A DNA stretch of 64,000 nt from Eledone cirrhosa (GCA_964016885.1 OZ024747.1:68138001-68202000); one strand, 5' to 3'; positions 45,032 through 58,896 are shown, counted from the first letter of the stretch. Translations and numbers: made by a program. Notes: generated by a model not told the origin, from the sequence alone.

Positions 45032-46019
45032 AGTGTGTGTGTGTATGTGTGTGTATGTATGTAAAGTGGTATGTAATTTTTGAGGTATGTGGTTCTGCTT
45101 ATTCTGAGAAAGCTGGTACAATGCAAGATAGAAATACAAGAGTAAAAACTAAAAGTAAGAAACACAAAACAACAATTTACATTTTTATCATACATTTCAT
45201 GAAATTTCAACGTTCGTCAGAAGAAAGGAAATGAAGTGTGTTGTGGGTAATAAGTGATACGTAAACTGTTTGTTTTTCATACTTTACTCTAGTTTTCACT
45301 CCTGTTTTTCTAAATTGCATTGAACCAGCTTTCCCAAAACAATCTGAACTAAAACTAAATTTAATTATTAAAATAATTACACAGCTTATTAACCCTTTCA
45401 ATACCACATTTTTAATGAAAGACCCATGAATTTCAAATAGTTTTGAACATATTCAAGAATTTGGCGAGATTTAGTAATATAACTAACTTCCTCATTTTTC
45501 ACATGGCATTTTTAGCATAAATTAACAAATGTTCTTACATAAAATTATGATGGAAGGTTTTTAGATAAATATAAACACCTTAAAACAAAATGTTTTGTAT
45601 GCTAGTACCAAGAGCAGTTTGGGGCAATTTTGTATTAAAGAGGCTAAGATCACAATAAATCACTTTCAGTAAATTTGAACTCATGAAACGACATTAAATT
45701 GACCAATTGACCACTATCTTATCTACTCAGTCTTGTAACTTCAGTGCTACAATTGAAACACAAAAATTCAAAATTCATTAACTTACTTTCATTGACCATA
45801 CTTCTAATGAAATATATTTTAATTCAGTTAATAAATGAAGAATTTTGAGAGATTTACCAAAATCATTAATTCATTTCATTATATTGGCAATATCGGTAGA
45901 GGATTGGACGCCATGCTTTCCAGCATAGTTACGTCCCTTTACGGTCTGAGTTCAAATCCCGCCGAGGTTAGCTTTGCCTTTCATCCTTACGGGGTCGATA
46001 AAATAAAGTACCAGTAATC

Positions 46020-46520
46020 ATCATCATCATCACCGTTTTACGTCCGTTCTTCCATGCTAGCATGGGTTAGACGGGTTGTCCTGTTGTGGGCAGTGTCTGG
46101 TCGGCTGACCATGCCTTGCTCATACAGGAACTGATTTGGGCTTGATTTCTACAGCTGGATGCCCTTCCTAACACCAACCTCATTTACAGTGTGGGCTGGG
46201 TGCTTTTTTGCCGTGGCACCTCCACGACCACTTTGCAGTGGGAGGGTGTGGGGCATACTGTCTATATGCTTCAGCTTGTACCCATGGGAGGTCGGGTACT
46301 CTGTATTACTGCGTGATGCCAGAGGTCACGGTCGTGAGAGGTGTAATTGGGTAAGGTCGGCTTTTATCACCTCATCCCAGGTCTTCTTGGGTCTCCCCAC
46401 TCCGCGGTTTCCAATGACTTCTAGTGCTCTGCACCTTTTTATGCAGCTGTCATCCTTCATACGCATCACATGTCCATACCAACGCAACCACCTCTCCTGC
46501 CATACCAACGCAACCGCCTC
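46020..46520 (-). mobile_element. 3' fragment of a second RTE subfamily
   Basis: LRWYGHVMRMKDDSCIKRC...GRPKKTWDE followed by the shared tail and (GAT)n. Confidence 0.85.
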
Positions 46521-46634
46521 TCCTAATGTACTGGGTAATTGCTGGCCTTGTGCCAAAAAAGTAGAAACAATTATTAAGATAGTAACTTAACAAATGGTTC
46601 TTATACAAAAATATGCTGGAAGATTTTGATTTAA

Positions 46635-46836
46635 CCCTTTAGCATTTACATTGCTTTATATACACTATTGTATTTTTGTGGTAAAGGCTTTACTTTACAT
46701 ATCGAATCTACGAGATTTTGATATTTATTTTGAGAACAATACCTTAACATCAGTGTGAGTGAATGGTTACAGCTGGTTTGAACAGAAAGAGGTGAGAGAA
46801 TTCTGGCTGGATATGGCCAGTTTAAATGCTAAAGGG
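46635..46836. mobile_element. piggyBac-type MITE
   Basis: TTAA-CCCTTTAGCATTTA...TAAATGCTAAAGGG; homologous to 17299-17499. Confidence 0.75.
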
Positions 46837-46924
46837 CTAAAGAGGAAACCTTCATAATCAGTGGTTTTGTTTCATAAAACCAGAGCTAATTTTGGCTAGG
46901 TTGGTATCCAAAGGATTAAGTTAC

Positions 46925-47074
46925 CTTCTTTAAAACTCTCTGTTGGCTCCACAATTAGCTGGGCACAGTGTCTTACTTCTCCAACAAGGTTTCGCCCAAG
47001 AACACAGTATTCAGCATCATCATCAAGGGTTGCATTGTCTATTGATAAACTGTAATCTCGGTTTCCAAATTTCT
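46925..47074 (-). CDS. Ig-domain gene exon: C-terminal half of the second I-set Ig domain
   Basis: YSLSIDNATLDDDAEYCVLGRNLVGE fits the I-set E/F strand pattern; polypyrimidine-CAG acceptor, GT donor, phase 1-1. Confidence 0.9.
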
Positions 47075-49637
47075 CTGAGGAAAAATAAGAGAAAGAAAAA
47101 AATTCAAACATCAAAAGGTAGAAATATACAGACATGGCTCTATAGTACAGAACTTTTTTACTTCTGCAACCATGTTGTTTCAGATTCACTCCTATTACAT
47201 GGCACTTTGGTTTGACCAATGCTTTGAGAGAAATTTGGTAGATGGAAACAGTGCAGAAGTCCATCATATGCATATATATGACCAAGTGTATTTATATCAC
47301 ATAACATAGTGGGTTCCATAAAAGGATTGATAAGATAAGTACCAGACTACAAAAAATAAGTACTGAGGTTGATATGTCTAACTGTATCCATTTAAGGTAG
47401 TGCTCCAGCATGGCTGCTCTCTAATGATTGAAACCAAGAAAGTAACAAAAGAACACAAAAGAACACAAAGATAAACATATATGTACATTCATATATGCAT
47501 ATATGAAAACAAAAAGTGTTCAAAAGTATTTGCTCACACCAATAGTTGACTTGATCCATATGTCAACATACCTAAATACATTTTAGTACCAATGTAAAAA
47601 TGTTCCAGATAGAGAGAGTTAGGAAATACTAGTCCAAAACTAATAATATAATGACTATTCTCAATGTAATTACTGCAATCAAAATAACATTGTTTTTAAT
47701 TAGCCATGTCATTTATTTATCTTTCTCACGCTCTCTTGTTTACATTAGCATTAGCCAAATGTATCCTGTAACATGCTAGAGAGAATGCTCTGCTAGTAAG
47801 AATATGTAATATATATGAATGATGATGGATTGGGAGAAGAAGTGTCAGGCGTTCCAAACAGAAGGAAGCCATGAATGAGGAAGACCAAGGAAGACATGAT
47901 CAGAAGTGGTGAAAACTGATCTCAGACTAATGAACCTCACAAGGAGATGGCATAGAAAGGACCAAAGAAGATGTTGGCAGTAGTAGTAAGTTGGCAGGAT
48001 TGAAACCTCACAAAAGAGATAACGAAGGAAAAACAAAAGTAAAGGGATGCAATAAACTAGGGAGGATTCCCCTAATCTATGCAAATATGGAAATCAAACA
48101 TAATGAAGTTAGAAGAAACAGTAAGAGACCATACCAAAATATGGGACATATGTGAGACATGGCCCCTGGTGTGTCCAAGAGGACAGTAGCTTCAATTAAG
48201 TACTGAGTTGGTCTGTGACAATCCATCAAAAACCCATGCCAACATGAAATATCTAAAGATCTAAAGTCTGTCTTAAGCCAGAAGGCTTATTAGGCTGGTG
48301 CTTCTCTTGGTTTCATAGTATGAAGCGACTGAGAGTACAAGACTTCCTCCTGGACAGGATGCCAGTCCATCACAGGGTTAAACACCCAGCTATTGCTGCT
48401 ACTCATTTAAGTTGAGTATACTGGAGCAATGTGAAATGAAGCGTTTTACTCAAGAGCACAACACACAACCCAGACTGGGAATCGAACCCACATTATGATC
48501 GTAAGTCCAACATCCTTACCACAGACCTCCACAAGCATGATAGAACTGACGTTAAATGATGATGATGTCCTCTATATTTACACTGTTCAATATTCTCTCC
48601 AACATTTACTCCTACATCTAGACGTTTTATATTCCAACTTACTGACCCATCACCCCACTCCCATACATATGTTTCTATTTAGCAATTCTCTTTCCCTTGC
48701 TTTATGTCCACCATCTTCTCTCTCTCTAAATGTACGTATACACACACACACTCTTTTCTTGACGCTTCTCTTTTTCTGAGTATGTCTTTCTGAGTATTTT
48801 TCCAATCAGCAAGACCTTACTCTTTTTCTCTAATCCTCATGCTATCTACCTATTTCCCTGTTTAACACCCCAAATATCCCTACTTTTCGTTCATATATTA
48901 CTCTTTCTATTTACATGTGAGGAAGGACTCTATATTTTGAAAAACATCAAAAAGCACAACAGCTTGAACATAGTTGAAAGTCTTACATTCACCCTTTCAC
49001 ACTCTCAAACATACACACAAATACAAACGCACATGCACACACACTCTCTCTCTCCTGCTTTTATTCATTTTATAACTTTATATGGACACGTGGTTAGAAT
49101 GTCTCAGGAAAGAATCACTGGACAGATTTTACAGGTAGGATACCCAGGGGTAAACCACGAGCAAGATGGCTGGATAACATCCATGAGCTTGGTCAGTCAC
49201 ACTTGGGGATCCAGCTGGATCAATTGGAGATGGTTGCTTCTGACAGGACCTGCAGGAAGGAGTGTTTGAGGAATCTTACCCCACGACCCTCTCAGGAGGA
49301 GGAGGGGGAGAAGAAGAAGAAGAAGAAGAAGAAAAAGAAGAAAAAGAAAAAAAGAAGAAAAAGGAAAAAGAAAGAAAAAGAAAAAGAACTAATACAAACA
49401 CAAATATATCTATCCACATGTCCTCTCACTCCTACCACCAATGCCATTACAGAGTCTATAGCTAAACATTCTTCTCATCTTTCAACCTGACAATCCACTT
49501 AGCCCACCACTCTGAGTTGAACAACCTGTTTAAATGAAATTAATTCAAATTAAAATATCAAACTACATTAACCTAGGTGAAGGAGGTGTGAGGGGAAGAA
49601 TGAGGGGTGGGGGGAGAAACAAGTACAGGTAAGTGTA

Positions 49638-49733
<96 letters not shown>

Positions 49734-50564
49734 ACAAGTGTGGATACAAACAAAAGAGCTACACTAAGTTAGAAGATAGGTGGTGATGATGATGGAGGTG
49801 GGAGAAGAATGGGACAGAAAGAGAGAGAGAGAGAGAAAGAGAAAGAGAGAGAAGCTGGCAAGTGTATGTATGAACGAAGTATGTATGTATGTATCATCAT
49901 CATCATTTAATGTCCATTTTCCACGCTAGCATGGGTTGTATGTATGTATGTATGTATGTATACTCAAGTGTAGATACAAACAAAATAACTACACTAACTT
50001 AAAAGTTATGTGATGTTGAGGGGGTGGGGGAAGAATGAAAGAGAGGGAGGGAGAGAGAGATGTATGTATGTATGTATGTATGCATCATCATCATCATCAT
50101 CAGGTTTAGCGTCCGTGTTCCACGCTTGCATGGGTTTGGACGGGGGTTTTCCCACTTGAGGCAAGAGTAGTTGTCTTGCTCGCATAGGACTGTCTGGCGG
50201 GTTTTCTACAGTTGGATGCCTTTCCTAACACCAACCACATTTACAGTGTGGGGCTGGGAGGTTTTTACCGTGTTGCCTACACGGCCACATTACAGCGTGG
50301 ACTGTCTGGCGGGTTTTCTACAGCTGGATGCCCTTCCTAACACCAACCACATTTACAGTGTGGGGCTGGGAGGTTTTTACCGTGTTGCCTACACGGCCAC
50401 ATTTACAGCGTGGACTGTGTGTTTTTTGTCGTGACACCTACACGATCTCATTTGTTTCGGCCTGGATGTTGTGGGACCAACATAACTTTACATTGAAAGG
50501 GGCGGTGTGGATGGGGTGGAGGTGGTGGGACGGGGGCATGTACGCATGTATGCATGTATGTATG

Positions 50565-50861
50565 TTTGGTAAATATCATCTTGGTTAAGAGAGTGGGACT
50601 GGCTTTGTGCAGTGCCTTTGCTCACTATAAAAGCTTCACGGCACAGGCATTGCTTTATATCTGGAGATCTCTCTGCACTTGTTGTCACATGGTGCCATGG
50701 GCCCAGCACTATGTGTCAATAATTGTCACAAGTGTAGTGTTTGTACCAGAGTTTTCAAGTCGCTGGCTGGACTAAAAAGTCACTCGTTCAGCGCGTCGGT
50801 AGGGGTTCTCCTACATGGATATAAAGTAGTGGCCGTACTCGAAAACGATTAGCAGCCACCA
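50565..50861 (+). mobile_element. 5'-truncated copy of the non-autonomous element at 53698-54287
   Basis: Near-identical reverse complement of 53698-53996. Both end in CAGCCACCA followed by microsatellite. Confidence 0.8.
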
Positions 50862-51569
50862 TGTAGTATGTAGTATGTATGTATGTATGTATATAGTATG
50901 TATGTATGTATGTATGTATGTATGTAGTATGTATGTATGTATGTATGTAGTATGTATGTATGTAGTATGTATGTATGTAGTATGTATGTATGTAGTATGT
51001 ATGTATGTATGTATGTAGTATGTATGTATGTATGATGTATGTTATCTCTTTCTCTTAATTTTGAGTATATTTTTTTGACCGGCCACCTTCCTGGTGGCAA
51101 GGTTGTAAAAGAATGTATGTATGTATGTAGTATGCATGTACAAGTGTGGCTACACACGAAAGAAAAGAACAATCAACACAATGTGGATATTGAGTGGGTT
51201 TTATATCAACAGTGACAGATTTACGCATTACCAAATGGTTTTGTGGGCATAAAAATGGCCTACCCCTTCAGATTCTTTGAATGGATGTATGTATGTGTAT
51301 GTATATATATGCATGTATGTTGTTTGTATGTATGTTGTATGTATGTTGCATGTATATATGTGTGGGTGGGTGTATGCATGTATGTTTGTATGTGTGTATG
51401 TATGGTGTATGTATGTGTGTGTGTAAATATATACATGTATGTATATGAATATACATATATGTGGGGAGGTGAATGCATGTGCATACATATATATATATAT
51501 ATATACATGCATACACACATATATATATATATATATATACATTCACACATATATATATATATACATTCA

Positions 51570-51600
<31 letters not shown>

Positions 51601-51634
51601 TCACACACATATATATATATATATATATATACAT

Positions 51635-51673
<39 letters not shown>

Positions 51674-51702
51674 CACACATATATATATATATATATATAC
51701 AT

Positions 51703-51741
<39 letters not shown>

Positions 51742-52489
51742 CACACATATATATATATATATATACATTCACACATATATATATATATATATATACATTC
51801 ACACACATATATATATATATATATACATACAGGTGTGGAAGAGACATGTGAAAGAGAGTGAAATGCGTGTAAAAGAAAGAGAGATGTAAAGTGGGTGTAT
51901 ATATGTCAGTCCATCCCTCCAGCTACCTGTCTGTCTACCTGTCTGTCTACCTGTCTGTCTACCTGTAATCAAATATCTTATGACTACAAACTGTCCTAAT
52001 TTCCTTTAAACAGGTTTTGACAGAAATAAGAGGAAGGTGTGTCATTCATAGAATATTTAACACACACACACAGACACACACAACATAGACATGACACATA
52101 CATCTTATACATCACACACAACATAGACATGATACACACACAACACACACATAAATACCCCATATATTGTGCGTACACACAACATATATGCACACATACA
52201 CCCCATATATACACATACACCCCATATATACACACACACCGCATATATACACATACAACATATATACACATACACACCATATATACACATACACACCATA
52301 TATCACACACACAACATATATACACATACACACAACATATATACCACGCACAACATATATACCGCACACAATATATATACCACACACACCATATATCACA
52401 CACACACACACACACACACCATATATACGCATTCACACCATATATTACACACACACACACATACATACACATAGCCCATATATCACACA

Positions 52490-52996
52490 CACACACAGCC
52501 CATATATCACACACCCATACACACAGCCCATATATTACACACACATACACACAGCCCATATATTACACACACACATACACACAGCCCATATATTACACAC
52601 ACACATACACACAGCCCATATATCACACACACAGAGCCCATATATCACACACACAGAGCCCATATATCACACATACACACAGCCCATATATCACACACAC
52701 AGAGCCCATATATCACACATACACACAGCCCATATATCACACACACACAGCCCATATATCACACATACACACAGCCCATATATCACACATACACACAGCC
52801 CATATATCACACACACACAGAGCCCATATATCACTCGCACACAGAGCCCATATATCACTCGCACACAGAGCCCATATATCACTCGCACACACAGCCCATA
52901 TATCACACACACACAGCCCATATATCACTCGCACACACAGCCCATATATCACTCGCACACACAGCCCATATATCACTCGCACACACAGCCCATATA

Positions 52997-53032
<36 letters not shown>

Positions 53033-53075
53033 CCCATATATCACACACACAGAGCCCATACATCACACACACACA
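52490..53075. repeat. Minisatellite of about 22 bp (CACACAGCCCATATATCA...)
   Basis: Direct reading. Confidence 0.9.
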
Positions 53076-53108
53076 CACAACAGCAGCAGTCTGAGGTTCA
53101 ATACTTAC

Positions 53109-53279
53109 CCAACTTCAAGTTAGCTGACTTCTTCAGAAATTTGCCATCTTTGTACCAGGTGATGCGTGGTGGTGGATATCCCTTCACTTTACACCTGAAC
53201 CTCACCAGTTGACCTTCCCTCACCTCAATGTCGTCAAATTTCTTCAACAGTTCTGGAATTTTCATTGGCTGTGAGTTTT
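53109..53279 (-). CDS. Ig-domain gene exon: N-terminal half of the second I-set Ig domain (absent from the ORF track)
   Basis: PELLKKFDDIEVREGQLVRFRCKVKGYPPPRITWYKDGK; TTTCAG acceptor, GTAAGT donor, phase 1-1. Confidence 0.92.
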
Positions 53280-53527
53280 CTGAAACAGGACAAGATCATG
53301 AATTACTACCACAACCACCTGCGATAGTAGGACTATTACATTTTATTATTATTATTATTATTATTATTAATATTATTATTATAGGGTGGTGGATTGGCAG
53401 TATCGGTAGAACATCAGACACCATGCTTTGAAGAATTAGAGTTACGGCCCTTTAATTTCTGCATTCAAATTAGTTTTGCCTTTCACCCTTATGGGGTTAA
53501 TAAAATAAAAATACTACAGATGATTAA

Positions 53528-53561
<34 letters not shown>

Positions 53562-53697
53562 ATCGGGTCTCGAATAATCAGCAGTCATATATATATATTA
53601 TATATCTCGTATATATATATATATACACATATATATATATACACACACACATACAAATAGACATATACACACACATACATACATCTACATATATATA

Positions 53698-54287
53698 TGG
53701 TGGCTGCCAACTCGTTTTCGAGTACGGCCACTACTTTATATCCATGTAGGAGAACCCCTACTGATGCACTGAACAAGTGTGACTTTTAGTCCAGCCAGCG
53801 ACTTGAAAACTCTGGTACAAACACTACACTTGTGACAATTATTGACACATAGTGCTGGGCCCATGGCACCATGTGACAACAAGTGCAGAGAGATCTCCAG
53901 ATATAAAGCAATGCCTGTGCCGGGAAGCTTTTATAGTGAGCAAAGGCATTGCACAAAGCCAGTCCCACTCTCTTAACCAAGATGATATTTACCAAAAAGA
54001 AGAACAAGTCAACATCATTGGATACCATCAGGGTTGCAGGTGTTATATCAGAGTTTTCCTTCTCCTAGAATTCTGCCTTGACAAAGGCTAAGGGGTCATC
54101 TCTCCCGGTGATTTTGGATGGCCATTGACTCTTAAGAGCTCCTTTGCCCTTTGACAGGTTTTGTTTTTAGTCCTGCAGGATGTCCAAAGTCACCCTCCTC
54201 ACCAAGAAACCTTGGTGGGGTTGCCAGTTTAGTCGCCAACGACCCGACCATGGGACAGGTTGCACTGGAATGCATGTTACCAGTAGC
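53698..54287 (-). mobile_element. Non-autonomous retroelement with an RTE-like 5' UTR and a candidate HDV-like ribozyme head
   Basis: Contains CTAGGAGAAGGAAAACTCTGA and GGCGACTAAACTGGCAACC, which I recall as RTE 5'-UTR-like; no credible ORF; second truncated copy at 50565. Confidence 0.55.
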
Positions 54288-54786
54288 ACCAACATACATA
54301 CATACACACAGACATAGATGCCTGTCCACACACATACACACACACACATGCATATATATACATACACACATGGATGCCTACACACATACAATCAAATGAT
54401 AATATTCCAATTACGGACTCAATACATGGCGTCTAGTAGTTAGTGGTGTTGATGGTTGGGTGTAGTGGTGATGGTTGGCTGCAGTTGTTGATGATGGTGA
54501 TGGTGGTTATATACACATATATATTCATTTATATATACATATATACATACAAATCATCGTTGTCATTTTTCCACACTAGCATGGGTTAGACAAGTTGTCT
54601 TGTGAGAGAAGCCAGGTCAAATGACTATGTCTTGCTCATATAGAACTGATGTTAGCTTGGTTTCAACCACTGGATGTCTTTCCTAATGCTAACCTCATTT
54701 ACAGTGTATGTACTGGGTGCTTTTTTGTTGTGACACCTACATGACCACTTTGTAGTGTGGGCTGGATGATTCTTATACATATATTC

Positions 54787-54819
<33 letters not shown>

Positions 54820-54968
54820 CATCATCACCGTTTTACGTCCGTTCTTCCACGCTAGCATGGATTAGACAGGTTGCCGTGTTGTGGGCAATGTTAGGTCAGG
54901 TGACCTTGTCTTGCCCATACAGGAACTGATTTTGGCTTGATTTCTACAGCTGGATGCCATTCCTAACA

Positions 54969-55012
<44 letters not shown>

Positions 55013-55227
55013 TTTACGTATCGAGAAAGAGAAAAAAAGGGGGGATAGGTGATACATATAGTTATTTGCCAAGTAGCGTATGCCAAAGGTGCTCGATACT
55101 AGTGCCGGCAGTATTAAATATTCGAAGTGTTAATATTTAGTGGGCTAGAGAGTTAGCAGAGCGTAAGCACGTGGGAAAATAAAAAAAAATCGGAGAATAG
55201 ACCGTTAAAACATGTTTATTTAAAACA

Positions 55228-55267
55228 GCACCTACGTACGTTTCGCCCAGTTGGGCTTCTCAAGAGC
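55228..55267 (-). ncRNA. Hammerhead ribozyme, inverted copy of 57760-57799
   Basis: Reverse complement of the fold at 57760-57799. Confidence 0.7.
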
Positions 55268-55420
55268 ATAAATAATCACAAGTGTTCCTTATATTGCTCG
55301 GAAAGAGTTTTTGGGGTTAAATCCACATCAAGGTTCATTGCTCGCAAAAATATCTTGTTTTGATTTTGCAGCAGGTCAAGGGAGGTAACTCTGGCCGGTG
55401 TTAGGGCAGTCTTTCCCGGA

Positions 55421-55456
<36 letters not shown>

Positions 55457-57759
55457 CCTCCTTTTGTCTGAGGCTGGGTCTGGTATGCAAGGATTGTTTC
55501 CTGGGTGTTATTTTGCAGCGCCTGCCCGCCGGGGTGTTAAGACTTGTTGCAGGGAGATCCAGTGTACTGTTTCACTCTTCATCCTTAACCCATCTGAAGA
55601 AGGATATTTTTAAGCGATGTGTACAACTTATCGCTGTTTCAGCTCTGCTGTTGATGAGCTCGTGGGGTGCAGTTATGATGTGGTAGAGCTCCATGAGGCA
55701 AAGATCGCATTTCCTCTTGAAGTTGTACGGTGCAGCCCTGCCGACAATCTCCCAGTGCGTGGAGAAGCTGATGTTTAAGTCCTTTAGTGATGTGATGTAG
55801 TCCGCGAGCGAAGTGGAGTGCCTTAGTTTTCTATTTGTGAAAGAGTGGAGATGTGTTCGAAACCTAATTTTGAACGGGCCGGAGGTAGCCTCTATATAAT
55901 GTTTAACGCTATTGTGGCTAGCCGTTACCCATGTCTCTCAAGTGTATCCCCTTACCCAGCAGAAAAACCTACCTTAAACTGCTTATAGACGCTACTAATT
56001 CGTTTATACGGCGAGTCAGGTGGAAGGCCTACCACCTGGATAAGAACACCCGTAACCTTCCTGAACCCAAAGAGAGGTATGGCTTCAAAACATACCGAAA
56101 CCCACCGCACAACACCTTACTGGACTCCTTTGAAGAGGACCTGCTGAAAATGATCCAAAACGTTAAGCTCAGAAAGAAACACCAATGCAGCAATCCATTC
56201 TTAATGTCCCTTGATACACTAATAACTAAGATCAAGAATGACCCGCACCTCTTCGTCACCTCCGACAAAACCAAAAAGCTGTACAAGATGGACGCGAGTG
56301 AGTATAAAAATTCATCTATAAGGAACTACACAAAGACTACAAAAAGACACCCTCTAGTACCCTAAATGACATCGAGTTGGGAAGGATATAGTCACCAGCT
56401 TAGAAATAGAAAAGTACACTAACCCATACGTCCCTCTGACGCCTAAATTCTCTCTTAAGGATCACAAATATGACTTTAATGAAAGCCCCTCTATTAGACT
56501 AATATGCCCCTCTACATTAGATATAGGTAAGATTAGTAAAGTGATCCTCGACAGAGTACTACTGGAGCTTAATAGAAAGGCTAAGGTCTGCCTCTGGGGC
56601 AACACCGACCAGGTCATAAATTGGTTCACAGAGTTGCCGGATAAAGCCACCCTGAAATTCATCCAGTTTGATATAGATAGTTACTACGCCTCTATCTCCC
56701 CCATACTCTTAAATAAGGCACTTATCTTAGCTAGATCTAACACTAGCCTCACTAAAAAAGAAATAGACATAATTCTAGCGGCACGTAGAACCATTATCCA
56801 GTTCGAAGGCTCCCACTGGACCAGAACCAACCATCCTGATAACTTCGATGTCACGATGAGGTCCAGTGACTCAGCGCAAGCAACTGACCTGGTCGGGATA
56901 TACCTCCTACATAAGCTTAGGGAAGAAATACCGGCCCTACAAGGAGGTGTATATAGGGACGACGCCCTGTTTACCGTTAAGAACCATAGCCCCCATAGGA
57001 TAGAGAACCTTAACAAACATATACACAGGTTCTGTAAGTCATACGGCCTATCCGCTGCCCCCTTAGAGGATACTGCTTGACTGATAGGGTTATATATAGA
57101 TGCACTATTACTAGCCACAATAGCGTTAAACATTATATAAGGGCTACCTTCGGCCCGTTCAAAATTAGGTTTCGAACACATCTCCACTCTTTCACAAATA
57201 GAAAACTAAGGCACTTCACTTCGCTCGCAGACTACATCACATCACTAAAGGACTTAAACATCAGCTTCTCCACGCACTGGGAGATTGTCGGCAGGGCTGC
57301 ACCGTACAACTTCAAGAGGAAATGCGATCTTTGCCGCATGGAGCTCTACCACATCATAACTGCACCCCACGAGCTCATCAACAGCAGAGCTGAAACAGCG
57401 ATAAGTTGTACACATCGCTTAAAAATATCCTTCTTCAGATGGGTTAAGGATGAAGAGTGAAACAGTACACTGGATCTCCCTGCAACAAGTCTTAACACCC
57501 CGGCGGGCAGGCGCTGCAAAATAACACCCAGGAAACAATCCTTGCATACCAGACCCAGCCTCAGACAAACGGATGCAGCAAAAAAAAAAAAAAAAAAAAA
57601 AAATTGTCCGGGAAAGACTGCCCTAACACCGGCTAGAGTTACCTCCCTTGACCTGCTGCAAAATCAAAACAAGATATTTTTGCGAGCAATGAACCTTGAT
57701 GTGGATTTAACCCCAAAAACTCTTTCCGAGCAATATAAGGAACACTTGTGATTATTTAT

Positions 57760-57799
57760 GCTCTTGAGAAGCCCAACTGGGCGAAACGTACGTAGGTGC
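57760..57799 (+). ncRNA. Minimal type I hammerhead with U3-A8 core (helix III CGTACG)
   Basis: GCTC / TTGAGAA / GCCC-AACT-GGGC / GAAA / CGTACG / TA / GGTGC; stem I is short and bulged. Confidence 0.7.
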
Positions 57800-57854
57800 T
57801 GTTTTAAATAAACATGTTTTAACGGTCTATTCTCCGATTTTTTACTTTCCCACG

Positions 57855-57888
<34 letters not shown>

Positions 57889-58639
57889 CACACACATGTA
57901 CATATACACACCCACATCATATATATATATATACACACACACATAGATACATGTATATGTTCATAATATATATATAAAAGAGAGATGTTTGTTGGTTGGT
58001 TGGTTGGTGTCTTTGTGCATCACACAAAAATGAAAACTCAGAATCAAAAAGTACACCAATGGAATAAGGGTATATCTAGATGGTTTATTGTTACTCATTT
58101 CATAAAATCAAAGAAGAAAAATATCCTGGATATGCTAACCAACCCGACTGCTATTTCTAAACCAAGCAATTGCGAAGTAAACTCCTTAGCCATACAGCCA
58201 TGCCTTGCATAGCGTACATATATTACAGTAGTTCTGGGTGGAGTTTGCAAAGTTATAGCCAGCTGAAATGGAATCACATGATGGTTGATGAAGTATGATT
58301 GATATTGTGAACAAACAACAAAAAGGTTTTGAAATCTTCTTCAAGCCTAGAGGCTTGGCAGTGTAGAGTTTATCCAAGTGTCAAAGATGTTAAGTAACAC
58401 TGAGTTAAAGACTCCCTCCTGAATGGAATAACAGTCAATTGAGAGTTAACTTTCAACTTCTGCTTGTACTCATTTTCAGTTGATTGGAGTAATGTGAATT
58501 TAAATATTTTTCTCAAGGACACAACATGCTACCCAATCTGAAAATTGAACCCATAACAATACCATTGTGAGTCCAACACCTTAACCACTAAGCTATGCAG
58601 CTTCAATGTGAAAGAAGCAAATAATTTTCAAATACTTAC

Positions 58640-58834
58640 TGTTAATTGTTACAATAAAACATTCTGAACACTTTCCTACTTCATTAACAGCTATACACAT
58701 ATACTGTCCAACATCATCTTTGGAAGGGTGATACATTATTAGAACATGTCTCTCTAACTCATCCTTCTTAATCTCATATTTTTCACCATCTTCCAGCTTC
58801 ACCACTTTACTTCCCACACGGTACCAAAACACAT
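58640..58834 (-). CDS. Ig-domain gene exon: C-terminal part of the first I-set Ig domain
   Basis: VFWYR...HVLIMYHPSKDDVGQYMCIAVNEVGK; TTTCAG acceptor, GTAAGT donor, phase 1-1. Confidence 0.92.
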
Positions 58835-58896
58835 CTGAAATACAAATTTAACATATTTACTCTTTTGTAACTATCTTTAATGAATGAATTAATTAA

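Larger units (their letters stand above)
55010..57855 (+). mobile_element. Decayed Penelope-like element with inverted arms of about 750 bp
   Basis: 55169-55921 is the reverse complement of 57111-57855. Fragmented ORF 55931-57460 (SLKCIP, QFDIDSYY, YRDD, deletion, CPLRGYCL, VIYRC..HYIRAT, CxLC, CTH). (TA)n flanks. Confidence 0.92.

Noticed and set aside
57040-57110. Selenocysteine (UGA) readthrough in the PLE ORF, as reported for some Naiads
   Set aside because: The TGA at 57078 is out of frame with CPLRGYCL. The break is an internal deletion with frameshift, and the intact 820-aa ORF has no in-frame UGA.
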